Shown piece by piece: positions 1-7,428 of a stretch of 64,000 nt of DNA. How positions within the stretch are numbered: the stretch's first letter is position 1; every line of letters starts with the position of its first letter. Location of the stretch: positions 28,998 to 92,997 of the IMG/VR virus record IMGVR_UViG_3300035520_000781. One strand, written 5' to 3'. The position numbers were made by a program, and so were the translations under genes. The DNA comes from a virus. Lineage: Duplodnaviria; Caudoviricetes. The notes below the pieces were generated by a model. The model made no database searches and had not been told where the DNA came from. It worked only from the letters and a program-made list of their open reading frames with translations.

Positions 1-1
1 A

Positions 2-679
2 GTTACAAATGGTGGTTATTTCAAAGGAGCAACAATAAGAGATAAATCTGATATTGACATTAAATGCAGAGTTAGACCATGGCAATCTCATGATATTGAA
101 TATTGGGAATCTTATGGAATATCCTTAAAGTGGCTTAAATATGCTGATGTCTATCCTATATCACATAAAATAGTGGTTAAAAATGGCATTAATTATATTT
201 ATGGTGCTGATAAATATGCATATGTATATGTAGAATTTAAAGAAGGTAAAACTACTTTAAAGGTCTATCAACCATTTAATACTAAAGGATTCAAGTGGGC
301 AAACAGACATGATAAGTCTGTTATAAGTCTATGGACTAAAGTTCCTAAAAGTGGAGACAGAGTGTGCATATGTTCTTCACTTAAAGATGCTTTATGTTTA
401 TGGGCTAATACTGGTATTCCTTCACTTGCTATTCAAGGTGAAGGATATGGAATGAGTAATACAGCAATTAATGAACTGAAAAGGCGCTTCAATAGAGTCT
501 ATATTTTATTAGATAATGACCCTCCTGGTCTTGAAGATGCTAAAAATCTTGCTTCAAAAACTGGGTTTATTAATGTTGTATTACCTCCATTTAATGAAGG
601 AAAAGATATTTCAGACCTATATCATTCCCTTCATGATAAAAACAAATTTAAAGAATTAATATTAGGTCTGTTTAACTAA
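2..679 (+). CDS. DNA primase, C-terminal TOPRIM part (5'-truncated by window edge)
   Basis: Frame is open from position 2 (VTNGGYF...), upstream of the called ORF start at 173. TOPRIM-like motifs ICSSLKDAL, ILLDNDPPG and KDISD match crAss-like primases. Confidence 0.85.
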   Translation, partial: VTNGGYFKGATIRDKSDIDIKCRVRPWQSHDIEYWESYGISLKWLKYADVYPISHKIVVKNGINYIYGADKYAYVYVEFKEGKTTLKVYQPFNTKGFKWANRHDKSVISLWTKVPKSGDRVCICSSLKDALCLWANTGIPSLAIQGEGYGMSNTAINELKRRFNRVYILLDNDPPGLEDAKNLASKTGFINVVLPPFNEGKDISDLYHSLHDKNKFKELILGLFN

Positions 680-693
680 CAAAATTTATACAA

Positions 694-1356
694 ATGGAAT
701 CTCGTAAAATCACAATTGTGTCAACAAAGACTCAAAAGAAAAGTGTAATTAACTCAAGTGCAGAAACTCTTGCTGAATTGAAGGCTGACCTTACAGCAGC
801 AGGTATTGACTATACTGATATGACCTTCTATGAAGGAACTTCAAAGACTGAACTGAAGACAGATGAGTCAATTCTTCCTAAAGATGTTCCTTATACCAAT
901 AGGACTACTGGTGAAACTATTATCACTAATGAACTTGTGTTTATGTTGACTAATACTAACAAAAAGATTAAATCCGGTATGAATACTGAGCGTCAAAGAG
1001 CTTATGAGTTTATTAAAGAGCATGACCTGCAAAAGGCTTGCTTGATTAAGTATGGTAAGAACTATACTCAATGCTCTACTGATTTTCTTAATGTACTTAT
1101 CTCTGAGTATATCGAAGCTAATAAGGCACCAGAAGGTTCTTCTCTTGCATCTAATTGTTTCCAGGGTGTAGATGCAAAAGCTCGAGAGGCTATTGCTATT
1201 CTTGTAGATGAACTTTATGATAATGGTGATATTATTGGCAGCACCCTGCATAAAGTAAAGAATCTTTTGAATTACCATACTGAAGGTTCTGACCGCGATA
1301 TTGATTCATCCTATAGTGATGATGAAATTAGCAAAATGTTTGAAAATATACTTTAA
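694..1356 (+). CDS. Putative ubiquitin-like (beta-grasp) protein with C-terminal extension
   Basis: Residues 1-95 show a beta-beta-alpha-beta pattern (KITIVST..SVINS..TLAELKADL..GIDY..MTFYEG..LP..LVFML) ending in KKIKSG95, followed by a helical and acidic tail. Directly upstream of the E2-like, JAB and E1 genes. Confidence 0.6.
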   Translation: MESRKITIVSTKTQKKSVINSSAETLAELKADLTAAGIDYTDMTFYEGTSKTELKTDESILPKDVPYTNRTTGETIITNELVFMLTNTNKKIKSGMNTERQRAYEFIKEHDLQKACLIKYGKNYTQCSTDFLNVLISEYIEANKAPEGSSLASNCFQGVDAKAREAIAILVDELYDNGDIIGSTLHKVKNLLNYHTEGSDRDIDSSYSDDEISKMFENIL

Positions 1357-1365
1357 TTAATTATC

Positions 1366-1404
1366 AGGGAAGAGGGAAATTAACACCCTCTTCCCTATTT
1401 TTTT
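1366..1404 (+). terminator. Rho-independent terminator after the Ubl gene
   Basis: Perfect 11-bp stem AGGGAAGAGGG / CCCTCTTCCCT followed by ATTTTTTT. Confidence 0.85.
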
Positions 1405-1414
1405 AATTGTTATT

Positions 1415-2437
1415 ATGGAACCAGAAAAAACTCCAGTAGATAAAGTTTATGATATATTTAGGAATTTCTATGGAGAAGAGTTTGTAGATAGAAAACCTAT
1501 AGTATGTGGGGAATATATAATAGTCTATTTCCCAAATATTACAGTAACTAATGAAAATAATAAATCCATAGATATTACAAAAGCGTTTGTTAGGGTAAAA
1601 GTTATTAATACAGGAGAAATTGGCGGTTCTATAGAAATGATTAGAACTGAATATACTTCTTCTCAATTTAACTCGGGATATTGTTTTTCCCACAGGCCAT
1701 CTGTATGTGCATCTAATTATACACAATGGAGAGAATGTTGCCTTGGCACAGGCCCAATAAGAGATACTATAATCTCCCTAAGTCATGCTCCTTCTGAAGA
1801 AATTTGGGAATTATTTTGTTATGAATTATCTAAATATGTAACAGTAGAATCTATTGACGGAACTCCTTATATGTATTTAGAAAGAGTAGGTAATGCAAAT
1901 GCATCTAATCAAGTTTCTTTCCCAATAACTAGAAAAGAAGATATGAGTATTAATTTCTTTAATGAGGATAATAGAAATATACTAAGAAAATTCCTACCTT
2001 ATATAATAAAATTAAGACCATTTAAATTTAATTTCAATAGAGGAAGTTATAGCATAGCTATGTCTTCTTTTGAAATAACTATCACATTAAGTAACTTATT
2101 TATTCAATGGTATAATTCTCTTCCTCAGGAAGACAGAATTCCAATAGAAAAGTTATTATCTAATTTAACAATAAGAAAGGCCTTCTTAAATCAATATGGC
2201 AATCTATTTTATGTTTCTGATAGAGACTCTGTTATTAGTTATGAAGATTTAAATAGACCAATTCTAACTTTTAAAGGTACAGAGTATAAGTTACATATAA
2301 TAGAAGATTCTCAAAGTAACTTCATCAATGTTCTTGATGAATATATAGTATTTTATATTGTTAATACAATTTTAACCGCAGTAAATTATGGACCAAACAC
2401 TTCCAATCCAACTTGTGAAGACATCTACTTCATTTGA
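1415..2437 (+). CDS. Putative E2/UBC-like conjugating enzyme (prokaryotic E2 type) with C-terminal extension
   Basis: Beta-rich N-terminus, then FSH93...CC109LGTG followed by a helix (WELF..EL..Y), resembling the E2 H...CLG active-site layout. Sits between the Ubl and JAB genes. Confidence 0.55.
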   Translation: MEPEKTPVDKVYDIFRNFYGEEFVDRKPIVCGEYIIVYFPNITVTNENNKSIDITKAFVRVKVINTGEIGGSIEMIRTEYTSSQFNSGYCFSHRPSVCASNYTQWRECCLGTGPIRDTIISLSHAPSEEIWELFCYELSKYVTVESIDGTPYMYLERVGNANASNQVSFPITRKEDMSINFFNEDNRNILRKFLPYIIKLRPFKFNFNRGSYSIAMSSFEITITLSNLFIQWYNSLPQEDRIPIEKLLSNLTIRKAFLNQYGNLFYVSDRDSVISYEDLNRPILTFKGTEYKLHIIEDSQSNFINVLDEYIVFYIVNTILTAVNYGPNTSNPTCEDIYFI

Positions 2438-3527
2438 TTTAATTATCCCGAGCTCAGTAGAAAGTAAAATAAGGCATCTCTGTAATAAAATATCTCAAGT
2501 AGAGTGGTCTGGTACTTTATTTTATAATTACTCAGGCTCTTATGAAAAAGGAGATTTGAAAATTACTTGTGTAGATATATTTCCTATGGATATTGGTTCT
2601 CAGGCTTATACAGAGTTTGATATGTCGCCTGATGTAATATCCTATATGACAGATAATAATCTAATTGATTGCCAATTGGGATTAATTCATTCCCATAATA
2701 GTATGGCAACTTTCTTTTCTCAGACGGACTTAAACACTCTTAGAGATGAAGGAAAGGATAGAAATCACTTTGTATCTCTCATTGTAAATAATGAAGGTAC
2801 TTATACTGCTGCTATTACAAGAAAGATTAAAGGAAAGAAAAAGGAAATACTTGATTTTACTTATAACACTTTTAATGATGAATTAAAACACAGTAAAAGT
2901 AATAATGAAGTAGACTGTGAGGTTATTCAGTATTCAATGCTTAATATTATCAAACAAGGAGCATCTCAATTTGATGATATTGATGCAAGACTTGCTGAAA
3001 TTAAGAAGGCTAAAGCTGAAAAGGCACAGAAGATAGAAGCAGTTAGAAACATTAATCCCAATTATCTTGGTATAGAGCCTATTAAGAATAAAGACATGGG
3101 ATTATTTAATCCTAATTTATTTCCAAAATCTCCATTTAATGAAAAGAATACATTCTATAAAGAAAAGGATTTCTTTAAAGATAGTGACATTACTGTGGAT
3201 GCTAAGGATGTAAAAGCTCTTGCAATGCAACTTATTACTGGCTCAATTGTAATTACTGAAAGTAATAATATTGATATGAATAATTGGGCAGCTCAGAGAA
3301 TGGTTCCTCTATTTGATAAGAGATTTAATAAAGATATGCTGTTCTTTGAAAATTGGGTAGAGATGTTTGTAGAATTTCTTCTTACCTATTCTGTACCCCA
3401 AGACTATGAAGTTATTGAAGAAAACTATATGAAAGATATGGCAGATGCAGTATATCTTACTCTAAATAAACTGCCTAAGAATGATTATTTGGAAATTATT
3501 AAAGAGAAACTACTATTATGGAATTAG
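2388..3527 (+). CDS. JAB/MPN+ (JAMM) metalloisopeptidase
   Basis: Complete JAMM motif E39...H101-S-H103-x7-S111-x2-D114 (EWSG...IHSHNSMATFFSQTD). Confidence 0.9.
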   Translation: MDQTLPIQLVKTSTSFDLIIPSSVESKIRHLCNKISQVEWSGTLFYNYSGSYEKGDLKITCVDIFPMDIGSQAYTEFDMSPDVISYMTDNNLIDCQLGLIHSHNSMATFFSQTDLNTLRDEGKDRNHFVSLIVNNEGTYTAAITRKIKGKKKEILDFTYNTFNDELKHSKSNNEVDCEVIQYSMLNIIKQGASQFDDIDARLAEIKKAKAEKAQKIEAVRNINPNYLGIEPIKNKDMGLFNPNLFPKSPFNEKNTFYKEKDFFKDSDITVDAKDVKALAMQLITGSIVITESNNIDMNNWAAQRMVPLFDKRFNKDMLFFENWVEMFVEFLLTYSVPQDYEVIEENYMKDMADAVYLTLNKLPKNDYLEIIKEKLLLWN

Positions 3528-4339
3528 AAGAAACAGGACTCTCCCAAGAAGAAGCAGAACTTCTTGAGAGAACTTTGGAAGAAGCACACAGTGAAACTAT
3601 TGATATTCCTCTTAATTCTAAGTCAGTTCTTATAGATGACTCTGTATCAAGGTTTAGTTCTGCAGAATGGTTTTCTAAAATTCAACAGCAAAGAGTTATA
3701 CTTGCAGGTCTTGGAGGGATAGGTAGTTATGTTGCCTTTCTCCTGAGTAGAATGAAAATAGCCCACTTAATGATGTATGATGACGATATAGTTGATGCTA
3801 CTAATATGTCAGGCCAATTATATGGGGTAAGTAGTATAGGAAAGCAAAAATGTCATGAATTAGGAAGCTTCCTTGTAGAATATTCCAGATTTTATAATTA
3901 CTGTATTTACAATAGAAAATATACTGGTCATTGTAATACAGCTAATATTATGATATGTGGCTTTGATAATATGGATGCAAGAAAGACATTCTATTATAAT
4001 TGGAGGGGGCACATAGGTACACTTTCACAAGGAGAAAGAGAAAATTGTTTATTCATAGATGGCAGACTTGCAGCAGAAGAATTTCAAGTTTTCTGTATTA
4101 AAGGAACTGACACATATTACATGGATAAATATGAGAAAGAATGGCTATTTTCTGATGAAGAAAGTGAACAAACTGTTTGTTCTTATAAACAAACCTCATT
4201 TTGTGCCAATATGATTGCCTCAGTGATGGTAAATTTATTTACTAATTTTGTTGCTAATCAATGTAATCCCCTTGTAGAAAGAGAACTACCCTTCTTTACC
4301 TATTATAATGCAGAAAGAATGCTACTAAAAACTGAATAA
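3518..4339 (+). CDS. E1/ThiF-family adenylyltransferase (Ubl-activating enzyme)
   Basis: SRF arginine, GLGGIGS nucleotide loop, DDDIVDATNMSGQ, GKQK, CGFDN..AR and IDGR. Candidate catalytic C221 lies in EQTVCSYK. Confidence 0.92.
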   Translation: MELEETGLSQEEAELLERTLEEAHSETIDIPLNSKSVLIDDSVSRFSSAEWFSKIQQQRVILAGLGGIGSYVAFLLSRMKIAHLMMYDDDIVDATNMSGQLYGVSSIGKQKCHELGSFLVEYSRFYNYCIYNRKYTGHCNTANIMICGFDNMDARKTFYYNWRGHIGTLSQGERENCLFIDGRLAAEEFQVFCIKGTDTYYMDKYEKEWLFSDEESEQTVCSYKQTSFCANMIASVMVNLFTNFVANQCNPLVERELPFFTYYNAERMLLKTE

Positions 4340-4341
4340 TT

Positions 4342-5103
4342 ATGGCATTAGATGTATATCTTAAAAAGTATTTATATAATCCTTCTGGTTATTGCCCTAA
4401 TGTTCCACTACTTCCATGTTATGAACATCATAATGTCTTTAATAGGTTTTTAAGTATTATGGCCAGTAAAGAAGATGAAATATTTATCCCAGTAATAAAT
4501 AAGTATGCCTTCTTTAATAAGATATACCAAGGATTGATTGAAAAAAATAAAGAAACTATTACTATCGCTTGCCCACTTCCCATTACTGGTTCAGGGGAGA
4601 AATGTACAGGAACCAGTATTATTGAATATCTATTAAAAACAAGAGTTAATAAAGGCCTCACTGAAGTTACTACAAAAAGAGGAGACGTATTTTATGGAGG
4701 TGCTGGAATTTTACTTAATAGTCGTAAAGATATTTTAATAATATTTGGATATACAAGTAAAATAGTAAATAATAAAATTAAATTAACTGGAATAAAGGGA
4801 TATATATCTCCATTGGTATTTTTAAGTAATGATATAGTATGCAAAGCAATTATTAAAAATGTTATTCCTTGTGTATCTACTAATCTTATAGCCACTCATA
4901 AAAGTAATTTCCCTTATGGAAAATATGATGCAGATGAAATAGGCACTTATGAAACTCCCAAGCTATTAATTCAAGACTTATCTTATTTAACTTCAAGTCC
5001 TATTGTTCCTAATAACTATCCAGTTAATTTTACAGATAGAAATGCTAAAATATGGGATTTTATAGATAACTATAATATTCCTGAAAAATTCTTGGAGATT
5101 TAA
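4342..5103 (+). CDS. Hypothetical protein, last gene of the E2-JAB-E1 run
   Basis: 253-aa ORF starting 2 nt after the E1 stop. No recognised motif. Confidence 0.75.
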   Translation: MALDVYLKKYLYNPSGYCPNVPLLPCYEHHNVFNRFLSIMASKEDEIFIPVINKYAFFNKIYQGLIEKNKETITIACPLPITGSGEKCTGTSIIEYLLKTRVNKGLTEVTTKRGDVFYGGAGILLNSRKDILIIFGYTSKIVNNKIKLTGIKGYISPLVFLSNDIVCKAIIKNVIPCVSTNLIATHKSNFPYGKYDADEIGTYETPKLLIQDLSYLTSSPIVPNNYPVNFTDRNAKIWDFIDNYNIPEKFLEI

Positions 5104-5124
5104 ATTTTTATTATTATCTTTGCA
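5091..5124 (+). promoter_or_regulatory. Bacteroidota sigma70-type promoter
   Basis: CTTG-N20-TATCTTTG(CA), matching the -33 TTTG / -7 TAnnTTTG consensus. Confidence 0.7.
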
Positions 5125-5148
5125 CAGTAACTTTTAATTTTAATAATT

Positions 5149-5634
5149 ATGAATCATATTAAAGTAATTGATTTGACACCAGTTAAATTGGATGTTGAAA
5201 CCCTTATGGCTAAACTTGATGCAGTTATTGATTCTTATATGAAAGAATCTGCTACTAAAGAAAAGTTTAGGAAAAGAGAAAAAAATGTTGAAATTCCCTC
5301 TGACCTTACTTATTATTTCAAGAAAGTCGCAGATAAGAAAGGATGGTCAGTAGAAAGAGTAGATAGATGGCTTGGTAATATTGCAGATGTTCATCCTATG
5401 GCAGCTATCAATATTATACTTAAAGAAATTGCTGTAGAGCTGGATAAAAAATATACCGACCACATTAGTAATAGTAAAGACATTTTCTGCATTAGTTCTA
5501 TTAATGGTGAAATCTGCAAACTTGATAAGTCAAAGATTAAAAGTTATAAGCACTTTGCAGCATTTAGAACATTTGCAGATGCTAATATAGCATTTAATAT
5601 GCTTGCCACTCCTCTTAAATCTATGTTTAAATGA
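5149..5634 (+). CDS. Hypothetical protein
   Basis: 161-aa ORF downstream of a promoter, with ATGA overlap to the next gene. Confidence 0.8.
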   Translation: MNHIKVIDLTPVKLDVETLMAKLDAVIDSYMKESATKEKFRKREKNVEIPSDLTYYFKKVADKKGWSVERVDRWLGNIADVHPMAAINIILKEIAVELDKKYTDHISNSKDIFCISSINGEICKLDKSKIKSYKHFAAFRTFADANIAFNMLATPLKSMFK

Positions 5635-6077
5635 TAGAAAACAAGAAGATAAAAAATGCTACAGAGTGTGAATTAGACGGTATTAATTTTAGAAGTAAAC
5701 AAGAGAGGTCTATTTACAAGTATCTTTTATCTATTGGTATAACCCCTCAGTATGAATCTGAGAGATTTACAATATGGGACAGGGATAAATTCTCTGTCCC
5801 ATTTTATGATAGATATGGGAGAACTTTTAAAAGAATAGATAGAAAACCTACTTCAGTTCATTACACTCCTGATTTCATCTTTAATGTGGGTGATATAAAA
5901 GTTATTTTAGAAGTCAAGGGATTTAAGAATGATGCAGTTCCTTATAAAACAAGATTGTTCAGAGATTTACTTGAAAAGATTAAAGATAGCTCAGGAGAAA
6001 AGTTATGCTATGCAATAGTATATACTATCAAGGACTTAAAATTTTTATTAAATGATTTGCAAAATTCAAGAGAATAA
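5631..6077 (+). CDS. PD-(D/E)xK endonuclease (DUF1064 / T7 endonuclease I-like)
   Basis: FRSKQE...YTPDF...ILEVKG motifs. Confidence 0.85.
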   Translation: MIENKKIKNATECELDGINFRSKQERSIYKYLLSIGITPQYESERFTIWDRDKFSVPFYDRYGRTFKRIDRKPTSVHYTPDFIFNVGDIKVILEVKGFKNDAVPYKTRLFRDLLEKIKDSSGEKLCYAIVYTIKDLKFLLNDLQNSRE

Positions 6078-6087
6078 CTTATCTTTG
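6056..6087 (+). promoter_or_regulatory. Bacteroidota sigma70-type promoter
   Basis: Perfect TTTG-N20-TATCTTTG. Confidence 0.8.
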
Positions 6088-6109
6088 CCCACTTTTAATT
6101 TCAAAAATT

Positions 6110-6391
6110 ATGAAACAAAGTCCATTGCAAAGAATAGAAAGTCTCATCACTACTTTGCCAGGAAAAGATGCTGAATTAGCTAAGAAATACTTTAAAGAAA
6201 GAAACTTTGAGTATATTCTTGAATTAGTTAAGTCTGATTTATATAAAGCAAATAAAGCAAAGAGGGCACAAAAAGTGATAACAGAAGTAGAGGATTTAGA
6301 TGAAAGTATAGCTTCTTTACTATCATTAGAAGAAGAACTAATACTGTATATGTCTTATCTTGATATAGACCTCTCGAACTATGATGATTAA
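6110..6391 (+). CDS. Hypothetical helical protein
   Basis: 93-aa ORF following a promoter. Confidence 0.75.
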   Translation: MKQSPLQRIESLITTLPGKDAELAKKYFKERNFEYILELVKSDLYKANKAKRAQKVITEVEDLDESIASLLSLEEELILYMSYLDIDLSNYDD

Positions 6392-6393
6392 TT

Positions 6394-7428
6394 ATGAGAA
6401 AGAGTTTAAAAGAAATATCTTGGTTAGTAACAGAACTAGAGTATAGACAAGACCCCGCACTATCTTACTCTACATTAGCTAAATTTGAAAGAGAGGGGTT
6501 TGGAAGTCTTGATAAATTATTTGATAGAGTAGACACTCCTTCATTACAGTTTGGAAGTCTTGTAGATACTTTAATGACAGGTACTCAAGAAGAATTTGAT
6601 GAGCACTTTATGGTGGCTCAATTAGATAATAGTTTGTCTGATACTCTTATTACTATCACTAAAACTCTCTTTGAAAAGTGGAATACTGTTTATTCATCTG
6701 TTACAGATATTCCTGATGATTATCTTATTGAAACTATAAGTGAAATTCAGTGGAATAATCATTGGCAAGCTAAAACAAGAGCAAAGAAAATTAAAGAAGA
6801 TTGCTCGGGATATTATAAATTACTTTATTTGTCAAGAGGTAAAACTATTATAGATACATTCACCTATCAAGATGCTTTAAATTGTGTAGATAAACTTAAA
6901 TCTGCTCCATCAACAAGATTTTATTTTGAACAAGATAATGTCTTTGATGATAGTATTGAAAGACTATATCAATTGAAGTTTAAAGCTACTTTTGATAATG
7001 TAGATTATAGATGTATGGCAGACCTTTTGGTTGTACTACATGACAAGAAAGTTATAGTTCCAGTTGATTTAAAGACTAGTTATAAACAAGAATATGACTT
7101 CTATAAAAGCTTTGTAGAGTGGAGATATGATATACAAGCCAGACTTTATTGGAATATTATAAGAGCTAATTTAGACAAAGATGATTATTTTAAAGACTTT
7201 AAACTTGCAGATTATAGGTTTATAGTTATTAATAGAAAGTCTTTAAATCCACTTGTTTGGAACTTTGACAAGACACAAAGTTTAGAAGAAATTACTACAA
7301 AGAATAATACAATATTGAGGCATCCTTTTGAAATAGGAAAGCAGCTAAAAAGGTATCTTGAAGAAAAACCAGTAGTGCCTGATGGAATAGAACTAATTAA
7401 ACCCAATGAAATAAGTGATAAGATATGA
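6394..7428 (+). CDS. PD-(D/E)xK exonuclease (RecE/ExoVIII-like)
   Basis: LSYSTL, FGSLVD, RCMADLL..PVDLKTS and YDIQARLY motifs. Confidence 0.85.
   Translation: MRKSLKEISWLVTELEYRQDPALSYSTLAKFEREGFGSLDKLFDRVDTPSLQFGSLVDTLMTGTQEEFDEHFMVAQLDNSLSDTLITITKTLFEKWNTVYSSVTDIPDDYLIETISEIQWNNHWQAKTRAKKIKEDCSGYYKLLYLSRGKTIIDTFTYQDALNCVDKLKSAPSTRFYFEQDNVFDDSIERLYQLKFKATFDNVDYRCMADLLVVLHDKKVIVPVDLKTSYKQEYDFYKSFVEWRYDIQARLYWNIIRANLDKDDYFKDFKLADYRFIVINRKSLNPLVWNFDKTQSLEEITTKNNTILRHPFEIGKQLKRYLEEKPVVPDGIELIKPNEISDKI

Noticed and set aside
3518-4339. ThiF/MoeB as a thiamine or molybdopterin biosynthesis (auxiliary metabolic) gene
   Set aside because: There is no ThiS/ThiG/MoaD/MoaE or rhodanese partner in the window, and the CxxC zinc pairs are absent. 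The neighbours are JAB and E2-like, which points to conjugation.
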